Shown here one piece after another: positions 19,011 through 32,245 of a DNA stretch of 64,000 bases; positions within the stretch are counted from its first letter, which is position 1, and every line of letters starts with the position of its first letter. The notes beneath the pieces are model-generated. The model ran no database searches, had not been told where the DNA came from, and worked only from the letters and a program-made list of their open reading frames with translations. The stretch is from Lentisphaeria bacterium (lineage in GTDB: Bacteria; Verrucomicrobiota; Lentisphaeria; JABSQK01; JAWLHB01): assembly GCA_041690595.1 (NCBI GenBank), contig JAWLHB010000001.1, positions 124,001-188,000 of the forward strand, in the 5' to 3' direction. The position numbers were made by a program, and so were the translations under genes.

Positions 19011-19298
19011 TTGGGCAAAAAGAAGGGAAAACGAAAACTGACTGCCGCCGAGAGAGCGGCGAAGAAGCAACGTCAGCGCGAGTACAAGATCATCTTCATC
19101 AATGGCAAGCAAAAGCGCGTCAAACGCGAGCTTGACCCTGAGATTGCTTTTCCAATCGACGATCCGATCTGGCTTCTGCAGAACGGGATGTACGAGGAGT
19201 TGTCCGAGTGGGAACTGGCGCGGGATGCAGCAGGGGAGTCGTTGACGGAGGAAGGTTCAAGCCGCGATCCGGACGATCTGCATGATATACCCTTCTGA
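19011..19298 (+). CDS. Small hypothetical protein (basic N-terminus, acidic C-terminus ending DIPF)
   Basis: TTG start 3 nt after previous stop, with GGAGG RBS; IFINGKQKRVKR...DPIWLLQNGMYE. Confidence 0.65.
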   Translation: MGKKKGKRKLTAAERAAKKQRQREYKIIFINGKQKRVKRELDPEIAFPIDDPIWLLQNGMYEELSEWELARDAAGESLTEEGSSRDPDDLHDIPF

Positions 19299-19403
19299 GT
19301 TGAAGGGTTGATCCTGACCGTGATTCAATGACGTTGCGCAGCAGCGCCGTCGCCTGTTCGATCGACGATGCTTGCTTCTGCCGCGAGCGTTGGCAGGCGG
19401 AGA

Positions 19404-20894
19404 TTATTGCGCGAGGAGTTGGTTGATGGCGGCGGCGGCTTTGCGGCCCTGGCCCATGGCGAGGATGACGGTGGCGGCGCCGAGAACGATGTCGCCACCG
19501 GCAAAGACGCGTGGCATGGTGGTCAGGCCATTTTCGTCAGCGACCAGGGTTCCCCAACGGGTGGTTTCCAGCTCTGGAGTGGTCTGCTTGATCAAGGGAT
19601 TGGAGGTGTTGCCGATGGCGACGATGACGGTGTCGACGGGCATGTTGAACTCGCTTCCCTCGATGGGGACGGGGCGTCGCCGACCGGAAGCATCGGGCTC
19701 GCCGAGTTCGTAGCGCAGACACTCGACGCTGGTGGTGCGGCCGGTTTCATCGCCGAGGATTCGGGTGACGTTCTGAAGGAGGTGGAAGTTGACTCCTTCT
19801 TCGCGGGCATGGGCCACTTCCTCGACACGGGCGGGCATCTCCTTCTCGGTGCGCCGATAGACGAGATGGACCTCCTCGGCGCCGAGGCGGAGGGCGGTGC
19901 GGGCGGCATCCATGGCGACATTGCCGCCGCCGAGGACGGCGACGCGGCGGGAGGAGACGATCGGGGTGGCGGCTTTGCCTTTCTCATAGGCGCGCATAAG
20001 GTTGGCGCGGGTGAGGTATTCGTTGGCGGAGAATACTCCGATCAGATCTTCGCCCTCGATGTGCATGAACTTGGGCAAACCGGCGCCGGTACCGACGAAG
20101 ATGGCATCGTAGCCGTCCTCGTTCAGAAGTTGATGGAGGGTGCGGGTACGGCCGACGACAAAGTTGGGGACGAGTTGCACGCCCATCTGGCGCAGGGTAT
20201 CGATTTCGCGGGCGACGATGGCTTTTGGCAGGCGGAACTCGGGGATGCCGTAGAGCATGACGCCGCCAAATTTATGGAAGGCTTCGAAGACGGTGACGGC
20301 GTGGCCTTCGCGGCGAACGTCGGCGGCGACGACCAGTCCGGCGGGCCCGCTGCCGATGACTGCCACTTTGCGGCCGGTATCGGGCTTGACTGCGGGGAGA
20401 GCGACCTCACCATTTTCGCGTTCCCAATCGGCGACGAAGCGTTCGAGGCGGCCGATGGCGACGGATTGTTCGGGATCCTTGAGGATGGTGCCGACGGTGC
20501 AGGTTGCCTGGCACTGGGTTTCCTGGGGGCAGACGCGGCCGCAGATGGCTGGGAGGAGACTGGTCTGCTTGATGATGCCCACGGCCAGCTGATACTCGCC
20601 CTGGGAGATGGCGGTGATGAAGGCTGGGATGTCGATGCCGACGGGGCATCCATCGACGCACGGCTTCTTCTTGCAGGCGAGGCAGCGTTCGGCTTCGACG
20701 CGGGCCTGGTCTTCGCAGTAGCCGAGGGCGACTTCGCTGGTATTTCCGCGGCGGACTTCGGGTGGTTGGGCGGGCATCTCCTGCATGGGCAGGGCGACGC
20801 GGTCCTTGCGCTTCAGCTCATCGGAGCGTTGGGCGAGTTGGGCGCGGAGGGTACGAGCCTCTTCGGCAAGGAGGACAGGGGATTGGTAGCTCAT
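19404..20894 (-). CDS. nfnB: NfnB/SudA (GltD-like) large subunit of electron-bifurcating transhydrogenase
   Basis: ERCLACKKKPCVDGCPV, CGRVCPQETQC, GSGPAG, GGGNVAMD, FAGGD; ATGA-coupled to the small subunit. Confidence 0.88.
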   Translation of the reverse strand: MSYQSPVLLAEEARTLRAQLAQRSDELKRKDRVALPMQEMPAQPPEVRRGNTSEVALGYCEDQARVEAERCLACKKKPCVDGCPVGIDIPAFITAISQGEYQLAVGIIKQTSLLPAICGRVCPQETQCQATCTVGTILKDPEQSVAIGRLERFVADWERENGEVALPAVKPDTGRKVAVIGSGPAGLVVAADVRREGHAVTVFEAFHKFGGVMLYGIPEFRLPKAIVAREIDTLRQMGVQLVPNFVVGRTRTLHQLLNEDGYDAIFVGTGAGLPKFMHIEGEDLIGVFSANEYLTRANLMRAYEKGKAATPIVSSRRVAVLGGGNVAMDAARTALRLGAEEVHLVYRRTEKEMPARVEEVAHAREEGVNFHLLQNVTRILGDETGRTTSVECLRYELGEPDASGRRRPVPIEGSEFNMPVDTVIVAIGNTSNPLIKQTTPELETTRWGTLVADENGLTTMPRVFAGGDIVLGAATVILAMGQGRKAAAAINQLLAQ

Positions 20895-21751
20895 GTGTTC
20901 TCCTGGGAGGTGAGCCTGCATGTATGATCCTGGTGCCAGCGGTCGAGCGCGTCCTTTTCCTGGGGGCGGTAAGCCTGGAGGCGCTTCATCATACCGTCGA
21001 AATCAACCAGATGTCCATCGAATTCGGGGCCATCGACGCAGACGAATTTGGTCTGTCCGCCGACGGTGACGCGGCAGCCGCCGCACATGCCGGTGCCGTC
21101 GACCATGATGGTGTTGAGGGAGACAAGGGTCTTGACGGCGAAGGGGCGGGTGGTTTCGGAGCAGAATTTCATCATGATCGGCGGGCCGATGGCGACAGCC
21201 AGGTCGGGGCGATCGGGGCTCTCGCAGAGTTCCCGGAGGGGTTCGGTGACGAGGGCCTTGCGGCCGGCGGAGCCATCGTCGGTGCAGATGATCAGGTTGT
21301 CGGCCAGGGCGCGCATGCGATCTTCGAGAATGATGAGGTCGCGGTTGCGCGCGCCGACGATGATGGTGAGGCGATTGCCGGCGGCCTTGAGTCCCTGGAT
21401 GATCGGATGGAGGGGGGCGACGCCGATGCCACCGCCGACGCAGACGACGTGGCCGAAGTTTTCGATATGGGTGGGGAGGCCGAGCGGACCGACGAGGGCC
21501 GCGATGGAGTCACCGGGGGCAAGCTGGGCAAGCTGGCGGGTGGTGGCGCCGACGCGCTGGAAGATAAGGGTGATGGAGCCTTCCTCTGTATCGGCATCGG
21601 CGATAGTGAGCGGTATGCGCTCGCCGTAGTCCTGATCGATGGAGAGGAGGATGAACTGCCCCGGTTGCCGCGCCTGGGCGATAAGGGGGGCTTCGACGCG
21701 CATGAGAAAGACGTCGTTGGAAAGCTGTTCTCTGGCAAGTACGCGATTCAT
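20891..21751 (-). CDS. nfnA: NfnA/SudB small subunit (PyrK-like FAD/NAD/2Fe-2S)
   Basis: GERIPLTIAD, GGGIGVAP, MVDGTGMCGGCRV...CVDGPEFD. Confidence 0.9.
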   Translation of the reverse strand: MNRVLAREQLSNDVFLMRVEAPLIAQARQPGQFILLSIDQDYGERIPLTIADADTEEGSITLIFQRVGATTRQLAQLAPGDSIAALVGPLGLPTHIENFGHVVCVGGGIGVAPLHPIIQGLKAAGNRLTIIVGARNRDLIILEDRMRALADNLIICTDDGSAGRKALVTEPLRELCESPDRPDLAVAIGPPIMMKFCSETTRPFAVKTLVSLNTIMVDGTGMCGGCRVTVGGQTKFVCVDGPEFDGHLVDFDGMMKRLQAYRPQEKDALDRWHQDHTCRLTSQENT

Positions 21752-21803
21752 CGGCTGGCACACACGGTGGTTGTCGGGTAAAGGAAAAACACGCCGGCAG
21801 ACA

Positions 21804-21844
21804 TAAAAGGGAGGCGGTACCTTGTTGAGGGGTATCCGCCTCCC
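21804..21844 (-). terminator. Rho-independent terminator after ferredoxin
   Basis: GGGAGGCGG(A)TACC...GGTACCGCCTCCC stem followed by TTTTA on minus strand. Confidence 0.75.
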
Positions 21845-21865
21845 AAAACGATCTCGACGCGTGGG

Positions 21866-22036
21866 TCAGGATACGTGAATGGCTTCCGAGGGGCATGTGT
21901 CGACACATGACTCGCACTCGGTGCACTCATTCTGGTCGATCACTGCCTTGTCGTCGACCATGCTGATGCATTCGACGGGGCATTCATCGACACAGGCTTC
22001 GCAACCGACACATTCATCAGGATTGACTTTGACCAT
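21866..22036 (-). CDS. 2x[4Fe-4S] ferredoxin
   Basis: CVGCEACVDECP and CTECESCVDTCP; AGGAGA RBS. Confidence 0.93.
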   Translation of the reverse strand: MVKVNPDECVGCEACVDECPVECISMVDDKAVIDQNECTECESCVDTCPSEAIHVS

Positions 22037-22111
22037 GATATTGTCTCCTGTTGGTGGTTCTGACTGTTGTAATGGCGTGGGGCTGACGGTTGGCGTCATC
22101 CCGAGGCCGGT

Positions 22112-23122
22112 TCAGACATTGCTGAAGGTGGGAGGTTCGTAACTCTTGAGGATCTTGATGTAGTTGGCGCGTTCGAAGACGGAAGGATTGTCGCCCTTTT
22201 TCTGGCTCATGGATCCTTTCATCTCGCTGATGGAGGCGTACTCGCGCTCTTCCATCCACATTTCGAGGTCCCGCAGCAGTACGCTGATATGCTCGATGCC
22301 GTTCTTGAGGATCGCCGAGGCGACCATGGTGACGTCGGCGCCGGCCATGATGTACTTGAGTACTTCATTGACGGAATGCACGCCGGTTGTCGCCCCGAGA
22401 GATGCTTTGATCTTGCCGTAGAGGACCGAGATCCAGAGCAGCGGCAGGCGAATTTCGTCCGGCGTGCTCAGGTGCAGGGTGGGTTCGGCTTCGAGCGTCT
22501 TCAGGTTGAAGTCGGGCTGATAGAAGCGGTTGAAGAGGACGAGCGCGTCAGCGCCGGCGGAATCGAGGCGTTGTGCCATGTTGGACATGGAGCTGAAGAA
22601 GGGGCTGAGCTTGACCGCCACCGGAATGGAAACGGCCTCCTTCACACCCTTGACGACGTCGACGTAGAGCTTCTCGATGGCCTGGCCGTCTTTGGCGGGA
22701 TTGGTTGGCACGTAGAAGACATTCAGTTCGAGCGCTTTGGCGCCGGCCTGTTCGATCTTCTTGCCATAGTCGATCCACGTATCGTTGGTAATGCCGTTGA
22801 TGCTGCCGATGATCGGAATATCAACGGATTCCACGGCCTTGGCGACGAGGTCGATGTAGCTGTTGGCGCCGATGTTGTAGTGCTCCATCTCGGGGAAGAA
22901 GGAGAGGGATTCGGTGAACTGCTCGGTGCCGTATGAGGTAAAGACCTCAATGGCTTGGGCTTCCCGTTTCACCTGTTCTTCGAAGATGGAGAACATGACG
23001 ACGGCGGCGGCGCCGGCATCTTCCATGCGTTTCAGATTGTCGAGCTTCTCCGAGAGCGGCGTGGATGACGCGACAATCGGGTTTTTCAGCTTCAAGCCCA
23101 TGTAGGTAGTGCTGAGGTCCAT
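22112..23122 (-). CDS. Dihydroorotate dehydrogenase-like flavoprotein (PFOR-associated type)
   Basis: MDLSTTYMGLKLKNPIVASS, VAVKLSPFF, LFNRFYQPD, FERANY. Confidence 0.9.
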   Translation of the reverse strand: MDLSTTYMGLKLKNPIVASSTPLSEKLDNLKRMEDAGAAAVVMFSIFEEQVKREAQAIEVFTSYGTEQFTESLSFFPEMEHYNIGANSYIDLVAKAVESVDIPIIGSINGITNDTWIDYGKKIEQAGAKALELNVFYVPTNPAKDGQAIEKLYVDVVKGVKEAVSIPVAVKLSPFFSSMSNMAQRLDSAGADALVLFNRFYQPDFNLKTLEAEPTLHLSTPDEIRLPLLWISVLYGKIKASLGATTGVHSVNEVLKYIMAGADVTMVASAILKNGIEHISVLLRDLEMWMEEREYASISEMKGSMSQKKGDNPSVFERANYIKILKSYEPPTFSNV

Positions 23123-23170
23123 TGGCTTTCCCTTATCTTTGATCGTGTATGCGTTCGCGCGTTTGGTCGC

Positions 23171-26725
<3,555 letters not shown>

Positions 26726-26792
26726 ATGACAATTCACCTCCCACTATAGTTGATCTGGCATGCCAGCTTACAATGCTTGCAATCGTCTAATC

Positions 26793-26809
26793 AGCATGAT
26801 TGTTGCCAA
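26793..26809 (-). promoter_or_regulatory. Candidate sigma54 promoter (-24/-12) for PFOR
   Basis: TTGGCAACAATCATGCT: GG-N10-GC spacing. Confidence 0.4.
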
Positions 26810-26952
26810 AGCTGATCGAACGATCCCCTGTATCCCCTGTTTCGAGCGTCACAAAAATCCTCTGGCGGGCATTCCTCCCTGCATTCAGGCTGTTGATAAC
26901 TTTCCGAAAATGGTGGACGGCTTATGGAGCCATCCGAAATTGGAGGTGTGGC

Positions 26953-27408
26953 TCAATGCTCGTCAAGGACGATTTCGTCGTACTCGACTTCAAAGCGGAG
27001 CTTGTGTCGTGCTTCTTCCTGGGCGAGGGCGCGCATGGTCTTCCGCATGTCGGGATCGGAGAGCTGTTCGGCCATATCGCTGTAGAGGCGAAAGGCGGCT
27101 TTTTCCTTCTGCATGGCGAGGATGAGGGCGTCCTGATAGGTCATGTCGGCGGTCGGCACGACGGCAACGAGGTAGTCGGCGATCTTCAGGTCGTTGACTG
27201 GACGTGAGTCCGGCTCGAAACGTTCACCCGCCTTGATGGCGAGCAGCCGGCGTTTGTGGCCGAGTTCTTCGGCGGCAAAGGATTCGAAGGTGCGCCGCAT
27301 GGTTTCATCATCCATGCGCGCGGCAAGTTGGGTGTAGAAGGCATGGGCGTGCTCTTCTTCGCGAATGGCAAAGTCGAGCAGCTCGCTCAGGGTGGCGAAT
27401 GCCGGCAT
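26953..27408 (-). CDS. Ferritin-like / rubrerythrin-family di-iron protein
   Basis: Two E...EExxH repeats (EEE..FY / EELGH, KE..LY / EEARH). Confidence 0.88.
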   Translation of the reverse strand: MPAFATLSELLDFAIREEEHAHAFYTQLAARMDDETMRRTFESFAAEELGHKRRLLAIKAGERFEPDSRPVNDLKIADYLVAVVPTADMTYQDALILAMQKEKAAFRLYSDMAEQLSDPDMRKTMRALAQEEARHKLRFEVEYDEIVLDEH

Positions 27409-27562
27409 CCGGACTCCTCGAAGCTGGTTTTTGGCGGTAGCGCAAGAAAAGCGGAAAAGGAAAAATAGCGGTACTTTGGCAGTTTGCCAGTGGTTTTGTG
27501 AAGGCGAGAAGGCGGGGGTGTGTCAGATGGGGGTGACAGGGGACGAATAGGATGAATAGGAC

Positions 27563-27633
27563 GACGGGTCTGACGAGGTCTGACGGGTCTGACGAGGTCT
27601 GACGGGTCTGACGAGGTCTGACGGGTCTGACGG
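27563..27633. repeat. Tandem repeat, 19-bp unit GACGGGTCT-GACGAGGTCT x ~3.7
   Basis: Read directly; perfect alternation of 9- and 10-mers. Confidence 0.95.
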
Positions 27634-28041
27634 CTGAAAGCGCGATGCCAGCGGAGGCGAAGGGCAGGGGCTGGACGGGATAGGGTGGCTGACGGGGGAG
27701 AATTGCGGGCCAGCGAAGACAAAGATTCCGCAAGGAATTAGTAATGATTGCTTGATTACGGCTTGACGTTTGAGTTATATGTGGTATTGTGGGTGGTTAT
27801 ATTCGTGGCTTCCTGTGCCGCGACCGAGTTGTTTGTAGGGGGCAGATCAGGGACTTGTCGTGGGAAGGATGGGATTTATGGCTGGACCGATGCTTTTTGG
27901 TTTTGACCGAGGTTTACGGGGTGCCCGTCGGGGAGGAACGTTCCGGGAAACGCTGCGCCCGACCGAGGATTGCACCGAGGTTTTCGAGGGACGCACGCGG
28001 GTAAACACGGACGCACACGGACAATCACATTCGGAAGGCAA

Positions 28042-28159
28042 CGTTGCAACCGATATTTCTGGACCGAGGTTTGGACCGAGCTTTTGTGGCTGGACCGTGG
28101 GCCGCGGGAGGTCGTGGGAAGCGTTGCAACCGATATTTCTGGACCGAGGTTTGGACCGA
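28042..28159. repeat. Pair of perfect 38-bp direct repeats (CGTTGCAACCGATATTTCTGGACCGAGGTTTGGACCGA) separated by 42 bp
   Basis: Copies at 28042-28079 and 28122-28159. Confidence 0.92.
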
Positions 28160-28174
28160 TGTTTTCGCGGGGGG

Positions 28175-29038
28175 TTATCGGCCACGGAAATCGCGGGGGG
28201 AGATGCCGGCGATCTTGCGGAACTGGCGGGAGAAGTAGTTGCTGTCGGTGAAGCCGACGGCGTCGCTGATGACGGAGATGGGATCGTTGGTGTAGCGCAG
28301 GAGGTGGCGGGCCCTGGCGATGCGGAGGCGGATGAGATGATCGATGGGGGAACGACCGAGGACGGCACGGAATTGCCGCATGAGGGAGGATTGGGACATG
28401 TTGGCGACGCGGGTGAGATCTTCGACGGTGAGAGGTTCGGCATAATGACGCTCGAGATAGCCGAGGACTTCGCTGATTTGCTTGACGGGGCGGGCTGCTG
28501 GAGTTTCCATCTGGGAGTAGCAGCGGGAGAGGTAGCAGAGGAGCCGCATGAGGTGGGTCACGGCCATGAAGCGATGGCCGCGGCGCTCGCCATGGATCTC
28601 GACTTCAGCTTCGGCGACCAACTCGGTGGTGGCGGCCAATTGATCGATGGAGAGACGCAGTCGGTTCTGGAAGCTGTGTTGGCGGCGGAGGCTTGGCTCG
28701 ACGGTGAAGAGGGCGTGGTATCCGGGGAGGCTGCCGAGATCGGCGAGTGGTATGCGCAGATGGACGGGGTCGTAGAGGACGTTGATGAGGGAGAGCTTGT
28801 CGGCCTCGGGATAGCCGTGGGTGGTGTCGCCGAGGACCACAAAGACATCTCCTGTTTCAATATCGTAGACTTCGTTGCCGACGGCGTGCTTGCCATGACC
28901 GTCAACGATGAGGACGAGTTCGTGGAAGGTGTGGGAATGCTGGCCGCTGGTGCCGTGTTCGGGGATGCGCATGACGGCCAGTCGCAGGGCTGGATCTGGA
29001 AAGACCTGATGATTGTCGATTTGACGAACGGCGGACAT
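28175..29038 (-). CDS. AraC family regulator, RhaS/RhaR-like
   Basis: HSHTFHELVLIVDGHGKH; VGFTDSNYFSRQFRKIAGISPRDFR. Confidence 0.92.
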   Translation of the reverse strand: MSAVRQIDNHQVFPDPALRLAVMRIPEHGTSGQHSHTFHELVLIVDGHGKHAVGNEVYDIETGDVFVVLGDTTHGYPEADKLSLINVLYDPVHLRIPLADLGSLPGYHALFTVEPSLRRQHSFQNRLRLSIDQLAATTELVAEAEVEIHGERRGHRFMAVTHLMRLLCYLSRCYSQMETPAARPVKQISEVLGYLERHYAEPLTVEDLTRVANMSQSSLMRQFRAVLGRSPIDHLIRLRIARARHLLRYTNDPISVISDAVGFTDSNYFSRQFRKIAGISPRDFRGR

Positions 29039-29178
29039 AAGGAGGCCCTGCTGAAGAAAGTTGAGAGGATAATGCTACTGTACGGCTGTATTGTCAAGGT
29101 CTGGCCGCTGGCGGCGGCTTAGATTATTGCCGTAGACGAGAGCTGTGGAACAATGACCCCAAGTTAAGGAAGAGAAGC

Positions 29179-30309
29179 ATGAGGCCTTTGAAAGTCGGAG
29201 TGGTGGGCGTGCGAGGAATCGGGCAGCATCATGCGAAATGCTATGCTGAAGATTCTCTGGCGGAACTGGTGGCCATCTGCGATCTGGTGGAAGAACGTGC
29301 TAAGACGACAGCGGAGAAGCATCAGGTGCCGGCGTACCTGTCGCTGGCCGCGATGCTGGAGGCGCATCCGGATCTCGACATCGTAGATGTCTCGACCGGC
29401 GGTGACGAGAATGGTGGGTGGCATTTCGCTCCCACGATGGAGGCGCTGAGCGCGGGCAAACATGTGCTGGTGGAGAAGCCGATCTCGAACGACATCCACG
29501 AGGCGCGTCAGATGGTGGAACTGGCGGATCGCCAGGGGCTTTATCTTGGGTGTAACCTGAATCATTACTTTACGGAGCCGGCGACCAAAGCGGATGCGCT
29601 GATTACGGACGGCAAACTGGGGGAACCGATTTATTGCCTCATGCGCATGGGTTTTCCGGGCGGCGAGACCACCTACGGCGGCCCGGCCAAGGACTCCAAT
29701 TCGGGCGGCTTTCCTTATTTTCACGTGAAGGCGTTCCTGGCACACCCGTTCAGCATCATGCGGCACTACTGTGGTGACATTACGCATGTGCAGGCCTTCA
29801 TGGGGCGGCCGGGATTCCGTCGCCAGGCGTGCGATCCGCTGGTCTCGATAAACAGCATCCATGTACGCTTTGCGAGCGGCGCGGTGGGCTATCTCTTCAG
29901 CCAGCGTGGCGATACGGTGATGGGGCTGGGCGGCTGGTGGAGCTTCGAGCTGGGGGGAACGAAGGGGTCGTTCTGCATCGAGAATTGCGTGGAGAAGCTG
30001 ACGCACTTTCCGTCTCCCGGGATGGAAGGGGCGGCCAGCCCGGAGAAGCTTGGGCTGGGGCAGGCGCCGGAGCCGATCGTGATCAACACGGGGGTGACTG
30101 ACTTCGGGATCACCTTCCCGAACCGGATCCATGCCTTCCTGGAAGATGTGAGCAACGGCGTGCCGCGCCACAAGTTGCGGGCGTCGGGTCGCGATGCTCT
30201 GGCGACGCTGGAGTATACGTGGGCGGCGATCGAATCCTTTGAACAGGACGGGGAGCTGGTGCGGCCGCATCCGCTGCCGTCCCGCAAACGCGATGCGGGG
30301 GTGCTTTAA
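29179..30309 (+). CDS. Gfo/Idh/MocA family oxidoreductase
   Basis: VGVVGVRGIG; HVLVEKP. Confidence 0.9.
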   Translation: MRPLKVGVVGVRGIGQHHAKCYAEDSLAELVAICDLVEERAKTTAEKHQVPAYLSLAAMLEAHPDLDIVDVSTGGDENGGWHFAPTMEALSAGKHVLVEKPISNDIHEARQMVELADRQGLYLGCNLNHYFTEPATKADALITDGKLGEPIYCLMRMGFPGGETTYGGPAKDSNSGGFPYFHVKAFLAHPFSIMRHYCGDITHVQAFMGRPGFRRQACDPLVSINSIHVRFASGAVGYLFSQRGDTVMGLGGWWSFELGGTKGSFCIENCVEKLTHFPSPGMEGAASPEKLGLGQAPEPIVINTGVTDFGITFPNRIHAFLEDVSNGVPRHKLRASGRDALATLEYTWAAIESFEQDGELVRPHPLPSRKRDAGVL

Positions 30310-30311
30310 TC

Positions 30312-31109
30312 ATGAAGCTTGGTGCAAATTCCGTGCTCTTCGGAGGACACAGCCTGGAGACGGCCTTCATCTGGATCAAGGCCGCCGGCTACGACGGGAT
30401 CGAGGTTTCGGCGATCGATGGGATGAGCCAGCATCTGGTGCTGGATTCCTGGCGCGACTGTGTACCGGAGATCCGGCGCCTCTCCCGGGAGTACGAGCTG
30501 CCGGTGCAGGCGATGGAACAGCCCAACCAGGATCCCGCGGTCATGGAGGCGGCGATGCAGGCGGCCGTGGAAGCAGGGATCCCGATCATCAACTGCGGTC
30601 CGGGCGGCAAGAGCGATGATGAAGCATCGCTGCAAGAGCGGATCGATTCGCTGGGCGCGCTGTCGGTGAGGGCGGAGCAGTATGGGGTGACGCTGTGCGT
30701 GAAGGCGCACGTGGGCGCGGCTGTCTACAATACGCCGACCACGCTGCGTGTGCTGAAGGCGATCGATTCACCGGCGTTCGGCCTGGACATGGATCCGAGC
30801 CACATTCATCGGGCCGGGGAGAATCCGGTCGAGGCAATTGGGGCGGTATTGCCGCGGATTCGCCATGTTCACATCCGCGACTGCAAGGGGAGCCAGCAGG
30901 GGCCCGGCAAGCCGGAGGATCAGGCGAATGGCCGCGGAGATATCGATTTGCTCGGCTACATGCGGGTGCTGCATGAGGGTGGCTACACCGGCCCGGTGGA
31001 CCTGGAGGTCATCGGCGCCAAGGGGTACGAGGTCGCCGCCTGCTGCGTGATCGCGGCGGAAGCTCGCGGCCATATGCAAGCCTGTCTGCAAGCCTGCGGC
31101 GCACGCTGA
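30312..31109 (+). CDS. Sugar phosphate isomerase/epimerase (xylose isomerase-like TIM barrel)
   Basis: GYDGIE, DMDPSH, HVHIRD, G.GDID, VDLE. Confidence 0.88.
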   Translation: MKLGANSVLFGGHSLETAFIWIKAAGYDGIEVSAIDGMSQHLVLDSWRDCVPEIRRLSREYELPVQAMEQPNQDPAVMEAAMQAAVEAGIPIINCGPGGKSDDEASLQERIDSLGALSVRAEQYGVTLCVKAHVGAAVYNTPTTLRVLKAIDSPAFGLDMDPSHIHRAGENPVEAIGAVLPRIRHVHIRDCKGSQQGPGKPEDQANGRGDIDLLGYMRVLHEGGYTGPVDLEVIGAKGYEVAACCVIAAEARGHMQACLQACGAR

Positions 31110-31127
31110 ACGGTCAAAGGAGAAATC

Positions 31128-32189
31128 ATGTCCATTCGAATCGGCATCCTTGGTTTTGCACACGGCCATGTTGGCTCATACTGCGACATGTGGCGCTTGC
31201 ACCCGGAATGGGGCGTGGAGGTATGCTGGGGCTGGGATCGCGACGATGAGCGGCTGAGCGCGGCGGCCGAGCGCTACCGGATTCAACCGATAGCGGAGCT
31301 GGATGCTTTGCTTGCTCAGGATGGTCTGGACGCGGTGGTGATCGGGGCGGAGACGTCGCTGCACGCGGAGCTGGTCGAGAAGGCGGCAGCGGCTGGCAAG
31401 TCGATCGTTCTGCAGAAGCCGCTGGCGTTGACGATGGCGGAGGCGGATCGCATTGTGGCGGCGGTGACGGGTCATGGGGTGCGGTTTACCATAGCCTGGC
31501 AGATGCGGGTCGATCCGCAGAACCTGAAGATCCGTGAGTTGCTCCAGGAGGGAGCGCTGGGCAGGCTCTTCATGGTCCGGCGGCGGCATGGACTGCCCTT
31601 CCTGTTCGATCCAAAGGCGCCGGAGAGCTGGCATACGCAGGCGGCATGGAACCGGGACCTGTGGGCAGACGACAGTTCGCACCCGATCGATTTCGTCTAC
31701 TGGCTTTTCGGCATGCCGGAGTCGGCGACGGCCGAGCTGGCGACGCTGTATCGGCCGGAGACGCCGATGGACAACGGTATTGTCATCTATCGCTATGGGG
31801 CGGGCCCACTGGTGGAGGTCTCCTGCTCGTTCGTCAATCATGCGGGCGAGAACGTCACGGAGATTGTCGGCGAGAAGGGCTCGCTGGTGCAGAACTACGG
31901 TGATGTACCGAGCTGCAATGTGCCGCGGCCGGCGGGAGCGATCGGGCTGAAGTGGTACCTGAAGGAGGATGGGGAGTGGACGGATAGCGGGATACCGTCG
32001 CCGTCCAATCATGGGGAGCGCATCAAGGCGCTGGCCGAACCGCTGGCGGCGTTTCTGGGTGGGGAACGGCCGGCTCTGGCTACGGCCGAGGAAGGGCGGG
32101 ATGCCCTGCGGATGGTGCTGGCCACGTATGTTTCTTCGCGCGAAGGGCGTCGGGTCATGATGAACGACGCCGGAATCTCTGATATATAA
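31128..32189 (+). CDS. Gfo/Idh/MocA family oxidoreductase
   Basis: IGILGFAHGH; LQKP; DDSSHPID. Confidence 0.88.
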   Translation: MSIRIGILGFAHGHVGSYCDMWRLHPEWGVEVCWGWDRDDERLSAAAERYRIQPIAELDALLAQDGLDAVVIGAETSLHAELVEKAAAAGKSIVLQKPLALTMAEADRIVAAVTGHGVRFTIAWQMRVDPQNLKIRELLQEGALGRLFMVRRRHGLPFLFDPKAPESWHTQAAWNRDLWADDSSHPIDFVYWLFGMPESATAELATLYRPETPMDNGIVIYRYGAGPLVEVSCSFVNHAGENVTEIVGEKGSLVQNYGDVPSCNVPRPAGAIGLKWYLKEDGEWTDSGIPSPSNHGERIKALAEPLAAFLGGERPALATAEEGRDALRMVLATYVSSREGRRVMMNDAGISDI

Positions 32190-32245
32190 CGATCAACAAA
32201 CCGGCGACGGCTGTACCGCTCGCCACAATCGAAGGAAGGCTTGGT

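Noticed and set aside
19404..20894. Glutamate synthase small subunit gltD
   Set aside because: No gltB adjacent; coupling to a PyrK-like subunit indicates NfnAB/SudAB
28042..28159. CRISPR array call
   Set aside because: Only two repeats, internal sub-repeats and no cas genes in the window; kept as a plain repeat
27308..28170. ORFs across the repeat region (27308-27733, 27387-27722, 27860-29122)
   Set aside because: Low-complexity translations of DNA repeats, or antisense to the AraC gene
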